Assembly (NCBI GenBank): GCA_022605425.2
Contig: CM061247.1
Span: 310,001 to 374,000 of the forward strand
DNA from: Hamiltosporidium tvaerminnensis FI-OER-3-3
Taxonomy: Eukaryota > Fungi > Microsporidia
DNA: 64,000 bases
Reading direction: 5' to 3'
The position numbers and the translations under genes were made by a program. Position 1 is the first letter of the stretch. Each line of letters opens with the position of its first letter. Under the pieces are notes generated by a model that searched no databases, was not told where the DNA came from, and saw only the letters and a program-made list of their open reading frames with translations. Positions 36,654 to 50,609 of this stretch are shown piece by piece.

Positions 36654-36882
36654 CATTTCCCCATATTGCTGGGAGCTGAATCGGCTTGGAGTATTTTCTG
36701 CTTGTCGTAAGAGGCGAAAAAAAGGAACTAATCCTTCATTTTGGGGTTGGCTGTACGGCTAACAACCCACCTTTTAAAACAACCTTTTTACGGTACCAAA
36801 AACTGTAAACAAATTCATGAGAAAAAGACAGGTGGGCGGTATTACTAAAAGAGGCCAAATCCGTAGTGCCAAAGATGAATGA
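36654..36882 (+). mobile_element. Family B SINE-like element, copy 4
   Basis: Colinear match with a ~12-nt deletion near the 3' end. Short TSD atttaat at 36647-36653 and 36883-36889. Confidence 0.8.
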
Positions 36883-36963
36883 ATTTAATTTTGATCATAC
36901 TTAACAGCGGTTTTTCTTTAAAATATTTTAGTGATTTGAATATAGTAACACTCATAAACAGTC

Positions 36964-37065
36964 GGGGGAAGCATAACCATATTAAAAATCATCTGCTTGG
37001 CAAGGAGTTTGTTAAATTAGTGTGAAAATTATTTTTTAGATTTTGATGGGATATAACCACACTGG
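36964..37065 (+). repeat. Family A terminal fragment
   Basis: gggaagcataaccatattaaaaatcatctgcttggcaaggag...gggatataaccacact matches the family A terminus. Confidence 0.7.
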
Positions 37066-37305
37066 ATATGGAGATCAATTCTTCATAATCCGGAATACAA
37101 TATATTGAAGGAATAAAGTACTGTCTCAAAGATCAGTGACATAACTTGGAATTCGAACTCTGACTCATGAAGCATTAAAATAGAAAGCTTGATAGAGAAA
37201 TATATTAACATGTTAATTTTAAATAATTTCACACCTTAAATAGAATCTGTGGGGACAGTGAAAGCAAAAAGAAATGCCAGGACATTTTTCGGCGAATAAT
37301 ACATT

Positions 37306-37362
37306 AACGTTTCTCTGTTCATCCTCAACATCGAGAGATAAATGAGGACTAGAGCTATAATC
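37306..37362 (+). repeat. Family C short LINE-3'-end-like fragment
   Basis: gttcatcctcaacatcgagagataaatgaggactag. Related copies at 15320-15361 + 16145-16163, 28440-28490 and 59671-59720. Confidence 0.5.
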
Positions 37363-38162
37363 AAATACTCATAAATAAGAAACTTGTACTCCAAAAAAAT
37401 TATTTTCATATTCCATTTTGAATTATTTTATATTTTTAGGCCTTTTCTCTTCATATTTTCCTATATTTTATATCTTGTTTATTGCTATTACTCTTTTAGG
37501 CAATTTTTTGTATTCTTTCACAGCGAAAAAAATTGTCTAATAGTATGTGCCACACTGATTATAGAATATAAATCATATAGGATTCATAAGAGTATTACAA
37601 AAGTTCTGGATACTATAATGGTTTTCATGATTTATCATAATTGTTAAGTTTTTTTAAAAAATATTTCGATATTAGATTTTGTATAATTACTATTTTTGAT
37701 GTAAATATTTTTATATTAATTAAGTGGAATTTTTATTTTGTTTTTTCATATTTCAGTCGCTTTAAAAATATCAGATTCTTAGTTCATATTTAAAATAAGA
37801 TGTTAACATTTGATTTTGCCATTTTTTACGTTTTACTTAAGCATAAATCAAACTTTTATAAGCATTTACTATTGTCACAATAACAGTTGAAATTCTTGTT
37901 TTTTTATAGTTGAAGAGTATTTTTACTGTAAATACATTATTTTCATAAGTATAAAAAATTTATTCAACTAGAAGAATGTTTTTTTTCTCAAATATCTATT
38001 TATGCTGTTTTTGAATACTCCGGTTAGATTTTATGCGTTCGTTAAAAAATATTTTAAATTGTTTTTAAGGTAGGTTCATTTCCGTAATTTACGCCCTACT
38101 ACTTTATAAAGAAATTGGAAAGTATCAAAAAAATATTCCTATTTTTTGGCAACTTATTTGTA

Positions 38163-41083
38163 TATGTTAAAAAAACAGGCACTGAAAAACAAAAAAATAA
38201 TAAATTAAAAGGCCGCAGAGACGCTTATGAGCCGAAAAGGTAAAAATTTAGTGAAAGATAGTTATGAAAATTCTAGTGAATTTCCTGCCTTCCTCATCCT
38301 ATACACAAATAACACATCATCTATCAATCCAAACGTGCAAAAACACACAAGCTGTTAGATTGCCCTCATACCTTCGCTTTATACATGACCTTCTTCTAGG
38401 TTAATGTCTCTGCGCACGGGGATTGTACAAAATAGACATTTCCTTACTATAGATATTGCTGAAGGCAACCGGCTATGGCACTGCAGACAATTCTTGATTA
38501 TGTAGCAGACACCCCCAAAAATGAACTCGAATTGTTTTTTTTTGTAGCAGAGTCAAGGTTTGGGACGTTGTCACAAATTAGCTGAACAGGGTTGCAAGGT
38601 GCTACAATGAGAAATTCGGTCGAGTTATAAATTTCGATGTGTTTAAAAGCCAGAACAAATTTAGCGGAAAGAAAGTAGAGTTAGTAGAAAATCGAAAACG
38701 ACTTATAATCGCTTATTTTCTAATTTAATTATCTTCCTGGCCAAGATAAACCAGTAAATACACTGAGGAGATATGTTTTGAATAAAATTTAAGAAATTGA
38801 AAAGGAATTGATTTGAATTCGAAGAAACTCAACTAAATTGCATAACAGCACTGCTCTTGAATTTATTAATCGAATAGTCAGTATGTTTACCGAATCCCAT
38901 GTATCAAAGTCTATTACAGACACCAATCACGTCATAGAAGCTGCGCGGTTATGTTATGAATAATTCTTGTTTAATAAAGAGTCTAGATCCGCTTTAAAGA
39001 CAAATATAGACAGTTAAATTTCTGAGTGAGTAATTACTTAGAAACATCCTGAAACCCATAGGCAGAAAAACATTTTCTTTCATTCAAAAAAAATGTCTTA
39101 AGAAACCGGTTTGGAATTTAATTTGAATTTGAGTATAAAGAGGATTTTCTGCTGTTTTACTTAAGAAAAGGGGTTTTCGAAAGTTCACAGCAAAGGATCT
39201 TACGATAATGAAAGTATGAAGTCTTTCCGAAAGTATAATCATATGTTTAGACTTTCTAAGATAGCTTTTATCGGTGGCCATTCCCTAATATTGCATTTAA
39301 GAGTATGGCTAATCGTGTTGAAACCAAAGTTTATGATATTCAGTATTGAAAAAAGGATAGCATAATCAAATATCATGATTTTTTGATTCGGTGTGTATCG
39401 GATAATCATCCAAACGAGTTTTATTAGCTTTATGTATTTTTTGTAATCAAGTATCTACAATTTTTCTAATAAAAGTTATGACTCTCAACAAATATATTTA
39501 TGATATTATAAAAGTAAGATGCATAGAAGGTACATCCATAGCTGATTGGTTTTGGTGAGGCTTATATACTTGATCTCGTATGAACTTCACCAAGAGGCAC
39601 TGGCTTCAGGCCAGTCGCCTAAAAGCATATCCCTATATGTTAACGACGAGTTATAGAACAAAAGTCGTTCAACTTGGGGTGGAAAGACAGATTTTAGCAT
39701 TATAGTCTGTTAGAAACAATGAGAAATGAGCAAGGAACCAAAAAAAACCTTATTGAATAAAGTTCTTAATATAGAGTACATAAACATTTTTTTGACAACC
39801 TGGAATGATATTGAAACGCTTATGATATAATATATTACGCTGAGAATTCAATCTAACGAAAATCTGCATTACCTGATTGAATCTAGAATCTAGCAAGGTA
39901 AAAATATCAAAATCGAAAATTAATTTTTCATTATGATCAGAAAAAAGCATGAACAAAAAAATCGAGAGAGACATACTACCAGGAGATATCTTCTATCTTT
40001 TGCTTTTTATGTTGTGTATTGATTCTTTCCACCGAAGTTTCGATACAAATAATGGAGTTTGTTTCACACCAATCATCCCTTGTTCATTAATAGCATAGCT
40101 TCATTGCGCTGACAGTTAGAAATTAGTAGCTTTGACAGGTAGGTAAATTTTTGTAACTCTTCGATTTGGAAATAAAAAAAGAGTATTAACAGCAAATTAT
40201 ACGTGTTATCGTGTTACTACTACCCTTCCATAAGATGCTAGTGGTTATACATATTTGGAGGTAGTATGAGATAGCATTGGTAATCCAACACGTAGCTCAT
40301 TTAATAAACACTTAAAAATGTCAATAAGAGTTAAAAACTGTGTGGGACTTGATTCGAAGTAAAAAATTATTTGTTATAATTAATCAAAATGCGATATTTC
40401 TAATAAACTACTGTATAGGAATAGTATAACTTTGGTCAGGTGATTTTTCAAAATTAGATGATGTAGAGCGTGCGGTATTCGTATAATCAGAGCGAGTTTT
40501 CGTTTAGGATGCAATGAGTGATTTTACTTTTCTAGATTTTAATTTATCAAAAGTTTTCATGGTTCTGAACTAAAAAATAACCTATGCTTTTACAACTCGT
40601 GGGAGTCATTGAAAAAGGTAAAGAAACGCTAAAGCGGAGTGCAATATTTCTCAATATATAAAATACATATTGAACCTATTCTGCACCAATAATGGGTTTT
40701 CTAAAAATAAAATATAAGCTAGAAGAAGAATTCAGCAAAGATAACTCAGAAGAGGTTAAATATAGTAATTTATACAACGAAAACAATAAGGTAAATACAA
40801 GTGAAGTTATATGAATAAATATCGATGACTATGAGTATGTAATTTTTAGAGATGGCTAAATAAGGAATTCATCGAGTAAGCCGAAGAAACAATTTTTGCT
40901 ACATTTATAATATCAACGTATTTCTAGAATCAAAATGAATTTTAGTATGGTTTTGACCTTTTAAAACGGAGAACATATAGATATTCGATGTTAACAAATG
41001 CTAGAACATATAAAAGCCTCAAAATGAATTTATATATCTATATACATTCCTATATTTGTCATAAATATATATTCAAATGTATA
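38163..41083 (+). mobile_element. Older near-full-length decayed R4/Dong-type copy (continues 44172-44295 after the RTE insertion)
   Basis: Colinear with 23688-26700, e.g. tacaatgagaaattcgg, gataatcatcc, gctgattggttt, aaagtcgttcaactt and ccaacacgtagctcattt. Confidence 0.8.
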
Positions 41084-44000
41084 CTTACTTAATCCACAGC
41101 GCTTGTTCTTGAAGAGCCGGGTCTTCCTTACGATATTTCTTTATTCTTCCATATTTTGCACACAATTTCTCCATCGCCACCCATAGAGTCCCTTTAATCC
41201 TTCTCGACATTATTCAGCTATCTTTTCAGCGGTCTGCTCTTCTCTTACCTTCAGGTATGATTTTGTATATATTACTAAAAGCTTCTCTTTAGAAATTCTT
41301 ACTATGTGTCCGAGCTACCCGTGTTTTCTTTATTTTATTAGAGTGAAAATATTGGATTTTTACTATAGATTATAAATCTCTTGATTGGTTCTAATTCTCT
41401 GCAGTTATTTTCGAAAATTAGTCCATATATTCTTCTTAGTATCATTCTCATCCATCTATTTAAGCATGTTTAAATATATTTTAATCATCACTAATGTTTC
41501 GAAATATTACATTACAATAGGCCTAATAACAGTCTTATATAATTGTTTTTTTGTCGTCTGCTTCATCAGGTTAGACTTCAGTAAGCTTTGTGGCGAGAAA
41601 TAAGTTTTTTACTTGCCTTTATTATCTTCTTTGTTTTAAGTGAAATTTTATTATTCACTCAGAAATGTACCTAGGTATTTAAAACTTGATACATTTTCAA
41701 ATATAAAGGCATCTATTAAAAATTCTTCGAAATGGTCATGAGATTCAGATACTTTCTAAACTTCGTTATATTTTCAGTTCTCTTTAGTTCTGTTTTTTTT
41801 CTGATTCCGCCGCTAAAATTTTAAGAAAAATTTTAAATCCTCTGTTTTTTCCAACAATAGCCATGTCATCTGGAAATGGAACATATTGCGTTATTTCATT
41901 AAATATTTTGCCACCGGTATTTATACCTATCCAGCGGATTATTCCTTTTAGTTTTAGTTGAATAAAATAAAATGCAGGATAACGGGCCTTTTACTTTAAT
42001 CCTTTATTAATATCAAATCATTTCGATATATTACCCGTCAAATAGATTGTTCCTTTTGTATCATTGGGTGTCATTTTAATTAGTGGAATATTTTTTGATA
42101 GGATTTGTAAATTTTCGAGTGTCTTATATAGAAAATCCCGATCAATGCTATCATATGCTTTTTTGTAATCTTTTAAAAAATAATGCATCAAATATTGTAT
42201 TCATAACATTTTTAAATCATCATTCTTATCGTGAATATTTGTTCAGTTGTTGATGTACCTCTTCAAAATCCACATGGATAGTCACCAATAGTATTTTCTC
42301 ATAAGGCTATAATCTGCTAGAAATTATTCGTGTTAGAACTTCGTATCCAATGTATAGAAGAGAATTCCTCTATGGTTAATACACCGTGTTTTTAATCCAT
42401 TTTACAAATAGAGAGTAACAAGCCAAGATTAAATTCGCTGGATATTTTTTCTTGAGGGTAAATTATCTTGATTAAGATACGATGAGTATCTCTCGAAGAA
42501 TAGCCTCTAAATTTTAAGACCTCGCTGTGATCTTGTCTTCTCTAGACGCTCTATTAGTTTTTAGGCTCATGATGGCTTCGCTTATCTCAAGTAATGATGC
42601 TTCTGGGATATCGATTTATTACCATCCACTAATTCATCATTTATTTTTACGAAATAATCTATTATTCGATCTTCTGGATTATCCTGCATTAATGTGTTGC
42701 GATGGTTTCAAACTATTCGGCCTATCTATTTAAGACCTTCTTAGGATCGGTCAGCAAGCATTCGTTAAAATTTTCGGCCATGTGAAATCGAGCTTGAAAA
42801 CCTTTTTTCTCATTTCATATATTTCACGGATCTTTTTCTCCGCCATTTTTTCAATTTCGTTCAATTAAGCGTCTTCGCTAATCTTCTTCTTTTCTCTTAA
42901 AATATGCGGGGCTTGTTTTCTTTCCTGACTAAATTTTTGCATGGTTATCTCAGTTTTTTCATTTAGCATCTTTAACCTGGCCAAGTTTCTTAGGTTAATT
43001 AGCTTTTCACACTCTTGACTAAACCATGGGTCCTTTTTCTCAAGTTTCTTATAGCCTAAAACCTCCTCTGCCGTCTTTTGAATGCATTATTTTAAAAGAT
43101 TCCAAAACTTCTCTACTTTCTCTCATATTTAAAGTTTATCTTTGCACAAATTATTTTTCATTATATTAAGAAAATCTTCTCTGTATTTATATCATACAAT
43201 TTATCGCAGTCAAATCATTGAGACTTGGGATTTTTAATAATCTTCAGTATGACTATACACTGTCTATATTTCATCATTACCAAGAAATGATCGGCATCTA
43301 TATCGGCGCTTCGCGAGTTTTGCACATTCATTACACTTGAACCATATCTAGAATTTATGAGGAAATGATCAGTTTCGTTGGAAGTCGCTCTATCAGGTGC
43401 GCGCCGGGTGTATTTATGTATTTTCTTATCGGAGAAGAAGCTGCTGGACACATTCATACCTTTGCATACCTTTGAATCAATCATTCTTCTACTATTATTA
43501 TTAAATTCTAGATGAATACTATTTCTTCCGATTGTAGGTCGGTAGTGTATTTCTTTTCCTATTTTCGCATTAAAACCCCCAACAGCAATTTTAATATCAT
43601 AGTCTGGCGATTTATTATATGTATCTTTTAAAACAAGGTAGAATTTGTCCTTTTCCTTTTCGTTTGCATCTTCTATGGGAGCTTGCAGGCATGTTAACGT
43701 AGAGTTGAAAAATTGAACCTGTATGTTTGATGAGCATTGTCGTCCATTCATTGATTTGATTCTAAAATCCTATTCAACAAGTCATTTTAAACTGAAAAAG
43801 CTGTCCTAAAAGTATAGGTTGTATTCTCACCATAAATTACTGTGTATTCCTTAGTTTTTTAAACATCGGTTTCATTCCATCTTATTTTTTGTAGATCCAC
43901 AATGTTCATAATATATTTTCCAAATTCCGTGGTGATTGGCTAGTGCACGGCTCGGAAAAGGCGGCGCACATTCCAAGTTCCAATTTTATTTCTATGCTTG

Positions 44001-44171
44001 TTTTTGTTTTTACTTTTGTTGAGAAAATCAGTTTTGTTTATTATGTAGTTTCGTTTTGGTTTTGTGACAATATATTTTTGCAAGATAGGGTCGTTGGCTT
44101 ATGCTCACCTTTACTCCTTTTTCCGGGATTGGGACCGGCAGATAGCCGCAAGCCAAAGCTCTGGCTGAGTT
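41084..44171 (-). mobile_element. Full-length decayed RTE-clade LINE (APE endonuclease + RT)
   Basis: APE ORF 43215-43751 (GGFNAKIG, NETDHFLI, DADHFLV), RT DYKKAYDSIDR (~42140), FPDDMAI (~41870), SFKYLG (~41680) and a (TAAG) tail. TSD core attcaaatgtata at 41071-41083 and 44174-44186. Confidence 0.9.
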
Positions 44172-44172
44172 A
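44108..44172 (-). ncRNA. Twister ribozyme (with P3 insertion), probably inactivated, at the RTE 5' end
   Basis: Minus strand T|AACTCAGCC-[AGAGCTTTGGCTTGCGGCTATC]-TGCCGGTCCCAATCCCGGAAAAAGGAGTAAAGG, versus the eukaryotic twister pattern U|AACUCCGCC..UGCCGGUCCCAAGCCCGGRUAAAGGAGGAGGG. Confidence 0.75.
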
Positions 44173-44298
44173 AATTCAAATGTATAAAACAAAAATAAAG
44201 TACTCTTTTTGTTAAAGTCCGAGTAAATGTTTAGCAAATAATATCAAATATGAAAATAAAACCAATGTGTAAATTCGAAATTATCAATAAAATTTTCG

Positions 44299-47200
44299 CT
44301 AATAAATTTCCGAATTACTATGTTTTTTGGGTTTTATGCTTTTTTGGAACCTTTTTATCCCTACCGTTTCTTCTTCTAAATCCAATTCTTCACTTATGTT
44401 TATCATCGGTTCCCCATACATAGTTCTTCCTGTTATAACAAGGGGTATATTTTTAGTTTTTAAATGTTTAACACATTCTTCGTCATTGCTGGCTTGTTTT
44501 AGAGGAAGTGTTGGCTCCTCATGCATTTCGGCTCTCTTAAATACACCCACTGACGCATTTCCCCAGCTCTCTTTGGCCTTTAATTCCGATTCAACTTCAC
44601 TTCGTCAATCAGATAAAAAAAATTTTCGACTGATTTCTTTGTTCTATCGAGCTTATGTATGCCTTTATATTTTAAAGTATTTGCAGTCTGTTTGGGTCTA
44701 CTTATGGTATTGTGTCACACTACCCTTCCAAGTCATATCAGACAAAATATCTTAACACCGCACTTATAAATGAGCTCTAAATATTATCTAGCAAGTCATA
44801 CTTCAAAAGTTTTTTAGCTTATACTACCTTAAGTCAATTCTGGAAAGTAATTCCTACTTTAATAAGTGTTTGCTCATTCTTCTTCTTATCAAGAATAATT
44901 TATATGTCGTGTCTGAAATTCAAAATCTTGACATCGGTTTTTATTCTGGTATTATTTTTATTTCGCATGCTCGTTTAAGAATTTCGTATACTAAACGGCT
45001 CGAATACGTTTTGAAGATTTAAATTAAATTTTTTGGGAGAGGTAAGTGTAGGTATCGCACCACGTAATTATGCCGCCTGGCGTAGTCATGACCTAGAATT
45101 TTTTACCATTAAGTTGCTAGATGGTCTAGTGTATTCTATATTTTATTACAGTGTAGCACATACTATCTGCTCCCCCAGAATACATTTCTATCTTGGGTAT
45201 GGCAGGACACTTCTTGATCGAGCGCCCCCCAATTTTCCCTTACTTTGGCCACCCAGAAGAGTCACTAACACGCAAAAGCTCATTATTTCTTACATTATAT
45301 AACTTTGAGTGAAGTTTTCGTTTATCTATTTCGTAATATAGTTTTTCGAGTTGAGCTTCTTCAAAATTTTTCAAAGTTAATTCTTCTTAACCTATACTTT
45401 ACTTCTAAGGTGCCTTTTATTAGTGCAAGATGGGTTTTATTAGTATTTTTGACCTTTAGAATTGCTGCCCATCTACTTCATAGTTCTTTATTTCTTTCTA
45501 CACAGCCTAAGAGTTGGAAAAGCATATGTTTGTGTCGCAGCTCGACACCAAGTAAATCTCTTCCGATTTCTAACATGAAGTATAACTGCGCTTTATACCT
45601 TTCACTAAGATAGATTTTGCTCTTTAAAAAAAACTACAAGCACTGCTTCATCACACTTAGAGAAGTCAGACGATTCAGATCGAAGTTCTTTTATGTGATA
45701 GTTGATCAACGATTTTACATTTTGATTAATTGCAAAAAATAATTTTTTTGAATTATTTTGTGTGGCAAAGTCTTTTACCTCTTGATATCAGTTTAAAATG
45801 TACATCTTTGAGAGACTTTCTTTAGGAAATTTCTCTGCTATTCTCTCTATTCCAAGGTATTTATAAACACATATTCCTTCAAGGAAATTGCAGTGCCTTC
45901 ACAGCATGGATTATTCGTCGCTGACTTCTCTTTGTATAATTTACCCCTATATTGCGCATAAATTTCATCATATCTTCCGTCATCTATTACAAGACTCGTC
46001 TATCTTTGGCAAATAGCTTATGATCATCAATAAACAAGAAGTGATTAGTAAGTGAATTTTTCCTCTGTTTGTATTTTCACTTTTGTGTATTTCTCATTAA
46101 GCTTTCTGCTCAATAGATCCATACACAACACAAACAACGAGGGTGACATACTATCTCCTTGCAGAATCTCTCTATCAATCTTCTTGCTCAAGGTTTTTTC
46201 AGGCCTTACTGATATATAAATATTTAATTTTGATATAAATACCCTAATAAAGTTTAAGACCCAATCAGGGTAATCAAGGTTTTCGACATATTAAGTCAAA
46301 TAAGCTTGGTTTATTGAATCATAAGCTTTTTGACACTAGTTCATGTCGTCTTAAGATTGTTTCTGTGCTCTTTATTAATGGAAAAATTCAATAGAGCCTG
46401 TTCTTTCGCTCCTTGCACCTCTCATACCGCTTTTAACTGATTATTTGAAAGTAACTCACGTTTTTCAAACTCAGGCTCTACCACTTTAACAAAATATTTT
46501 TTGTCAGTTTGTACATGTTTAACATACAGGTTATTAGTCGGTAATCAGAACCAGTCCTTGGTGTACCTTTAAATATTAGATAGGTTAGTTCACAATAATA
46601 CCAGCCAGCTTGAGGCGTTTCTTCTAAACATATGACTTTCACATTATCGTAAAGATATTTAAAGATTCTAATTTTTTTATGTAAAGGTTATAAATACTAT
46701 CACTTTCAGCGGCTTTCCAGTTAGGCAGCTAACTAATGATAACTACATAGCCTTGATTTGGATTAAACGTGGGGTGCTGCATACTGCCAGAAAGGTATCA
46801 AATAGTCCTTATACGCAACCTTATTGTTTTTGTTCCACATTTTAGACCAAAATTATGAAATTTAATCACGACTAATCAAATGCTCGGATTCAACGCGCTC
46901 AGATAACCCACGATAGAATCGATCTCGCAATAACTCAAACATACGATTCCCTTTTCCTAATTGCTTTCTACTCTTATACATCGTAATTCTTTTCTCGTTA
47001 AATTCAAAGCCTCAGAAAGATTATTTGTTTTGCTTAAGTCCAATTAAACTCTTGCATAATTTTTCCGAAACTTTTTTTTGAGAAGAAGAGACTTTTTCCT
47101 GCCTAACAGTTTTTTCTAGAAGATCTATGAAACATAATATTTTAGAAATTTTACTTTCTATACTTTCCTTCCAAGTAAATCTAGGTTTAACCTTACTTGT

Positions 47201-48017
47201 CGACTCGTCATAGCAAACCTGGATCGACTGGATTATCCGAGCTGCATCACTAACATCCTTAGGCACATGACATTCAGCATACTCACCTGTGACCAATTTG
47301 TGAGGTCCAAAACTTTACTATTACCCTAGTCACTTTGAAGTTTTCTAGTTCGGACCACACCATCTTCGATTTCCTTCTCCGAGAGTTCCCTGATTTTACA
47401 CACAAACATTTTCTCAGATTAATATAAAGTATGATGTCAGTTAAGAAACATGGATCGAGAAGAAAAGTGGCGATTCTATGTCGCTGTGTATTCTCTTCTT
47501 GCCTTATTTCTTTTCTGCCGCAATTTGTGTTGATTTTTTTAACACATCGATATCAACAGTACGACCAATTCCTCATTATAGTACCTAAGAATTACAGATC
47601 AGCTATTTCTAGGCATTCTCTTAAACCCTTTTTGCACTGCTAGAATAGCTGATCCAGGCCATACCTGCTCTACGTCTGTGGCAGAGTCAAGTATTGAATG
47701 CAATACGATCAGTCGATTTCCTTTGGAATAATAGGTGCATTGAGGTTTTCCTCGTGTTGGCTGGTCTAAATGTAGACGAATCGGGACGAAAAGACGGAGG
47801 TGTGGAATTGAGCGAACGGACCGAAGTAGCCTAGAGAATATTGCTCGATGGGAAGTGAGTGTTGTTATGAATAGTCGGTTGTGGTGTAAGTCGCTCGGAT
47901 ATCGTAAAATATCTCTATCACCCGTTTTTATCTCTTTAAACTAATTTCCGAGTATTTAACAACCTTTATTTTATCATTTCTTATATTTTCGCTGTCTACT
48001 TTTTTCCTTCTACCCAT
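44299..48017 (-). mobile_element. Full-length decayed R4/Dong-type copy, reverse orientation
   Basis: Colinear reverse match to 23688-27421, from the 5' end atgggtagaaggaaaaa to the 3' end. ORF pieces MGVFKRAEMHEEP and VTGEYAECHVPKDV. Confidence 0.88.
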
Positions 48018-48299
48018 AGATTTAAAAACTTTAATGATATCACTTAAATAATAAAAAATGCTTATTATAATTGCAATGTAAACTCAATTGAATTAAATAC
48101 GTTGTATTGCGCCTCTAAAAACGGTTCTTGTGTGTCACAATCATTGTTTTTTACTTTAATCATGTTGTTCCTCAAAATAGCTATAACTTTAAAAACCGAA
48201 TTAGCGTAAAAAGATTTAAAAGGCGCTTTTTGTAGTTTTAGTATTTATATCGAAGGTTTTTTTATCAAAACTTGATTTCCATTTGACATATCTCTCTTG

Positions 48300-49916
48300 A
48301 GTCTATTTGAATTTTGCTTTCTAAATTATTTTTCTATAATTTTTTAAAAGCTTAGCAACATCCAAACGAATCTTACTATCGCTTCCGAAATCATCAGCTA
48401 TTATGGTGGTTTTAGTGGTTACCGTTTCAGTAAATTCTTCATGTACATCCGAGGTAATTTCTAGGATTAATTGTGTATCCCCTGCATTTTCTTCAAATAA
48501 AACTATATCGGGATCTATATCAATAACAGGCACCATCGTACTGGCTTCGTTTTCAACTATAATGCTTTCAGAAAGGGGATTGTTAAAACATAATTGTCCG
48601 AAGAAAAGCATAAATGGAGATTTGTTTGTTGCATTATGTATTATTCTGTTATAAGCATAAAAAACACTATTAAGATGCTAGATCTATCTTTTTCTACTTG
48701 TTTCGTGCAATTTCTCCGCTAGATAACTTTTAATGGCCTGATTTACATATTTTACTTGGCTTTGCGCCTTTATATTGCCTGGTCTTCCATATTTAATTTG
48801 GGTTAAATATCAGTTAAAAAGGCTTCGCTAGTGCATTTTTAATCTATCGGCCGTTATCAGATTGTATTGCAACCCGAACACCAAAGTTGTCAAATAAAAA
48901 ATTTAATGAATCCTAGTAATTCTGAAGTTTTATTAATCATCTTAAAGCTACCGAGATGTTTTGTGTAGGTGTCGATTACATTAAGAATCCAGCTATATTG
49001 ATCATTTTGATCACTGTATCCCCTTAGATCTACACAATCCATCATAAAAAGATCATATTTTTGGTAATATGATTTATATATATTGGCTGTATTGTTTTTA
49101 GAGAATTAAATCGAATACATGCTTCACAGTTTTTAACATACTCTTTTATGTATGCCTTAGGAGTCCATAGTATTTTTTTACAATCAAAGCCATCATTTTA
49201 TTTACTCCGATGTATGTAACAACATCCTTTGTTTGAATAATTTTTTTAATCACGACAGTTTCAAATCCAAAAACGGCTTTTAATTAGATGATCGCGTTTT
49301 TAAAACAAATATCATCTCCGAGCAAAGTAAAATGTTCTACCTCAACAATTTTCATCTTTTTTGGGATACTCAGCTGGATAAGAACCGGTTTTTAAATATG
49401 ATGTCAGAATTTCTTTTTCTTGCCTATTTTTACAACTTACAATCTTTGGCATTTTGGTTACATTATATTTTTTATATATATAAACTGAATACTTAGAAAA
49501 AAAAACAAATAATAAGAAACCATTAATCAAATGTATATACAATTTTATGTTGTTTAGTGTCTGTATCAAATTCTACAACGAAATTTTGCCTTACAAATAC
49601 TAACAAATGCAAATAACTGAAAAAAGCAAAAAAAAGACTTGAAAAGAAAAATATAAATTTTTGTGAATATTTTTTTCATTATTAACACATTCTATTGTTT
49701 ATACAAAATAAATCTTAAAGAACCTGGATAAGAAATATTGGTAAGGAAACTAAAATAAGAAGATGTATAGGAATATGGGAAATAAATTGGTTGGTTATAA
49801 GGGTATGGAATTGAAGAGCTATATGAAAAAAATAAAGGGTGCTATCAACATTAAAAATGTATAGGAAATAAATGGGGTTCTATTGGACATGGGGATGCGT
49901 TTATTTGCCCGTGACA
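48300..49916 (-). mobile_element. Decayed Ginger-like (retroviral-type integrase) DNA transposon
   Basis: Minus-strand VKNCEAC, DCVDLR..SDQND.YSWILNVIDTYTK, IQSDNGR and GRPGNIKAQSQV. No RT or LTR. Terminus TGTCACGGGCAA at 49905-49916. Confidence 0.7.
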
Positions 49917-50450
49917 ATATATACTGTCCTATGTCAAAGTGTGTTAACGTATCGTAGTAGATTAAGTGGTGTTAATAAATTTATATTAGACTAACGGGGT
50001 GTTAATATAGATTGTGCATATTAAAGCGTGTTAGTGCTAAAAAGGAAAAGGATAGACTGTTATTTGAGAGTCTAATGAAATAAGATTGTTAATAATGTGC
50101 AATTATTCTTAAAGAGGTGATTTACTTTTCCCACAAATTTCAACGGTTCTAACGATAAGCTATTTAAAAGTGTAAGTTTCTTTACGACTCACCTTTGAAA
50201 AGACAATGAAATGCAAAAAGTAAATGCTGCACAGTGCAAAATAGATTTGCGGAAGACGTGCTTTTCACATGAAAACTCTATGTAGCCACTTCATTCGTAT
50301 AAATCTTTTCTGATTCTTTCGTTTAGACACCAGGAATAAATAAGCATATTAATGTTCAAAAATACTCGAAAAAATAAATAAATAACAATTAGTTTAATAA
50401 AATAAAGTATTGTTTCTTTTTATTATACTTGAATCTACTTTCTTTTATTA

Positions 50451-50479
50451 TCGCAGCAACGCGCGGCGGATAAGCTAGT
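50451..50479 (+). mobile_element. Helitron 3' terminus
   Basis: cgcagcaacgcgcgg hairpin followed 8 nt later by CTAG|T (50475-50479). The 5' end was not identified. Confidence 0.55.
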
Positions 50480-50609
50480 AACATATAAAAATATGAGAAA
50501 ATATTACTAAAAGAAAAAAATTATAGAAAAAAAGTAATTATAACAAAAAGCATGTGCATTTAAAATATATGTCAAATATGTAAGTTTTTATTTATTAGAG
50601 CAGCTTCCT

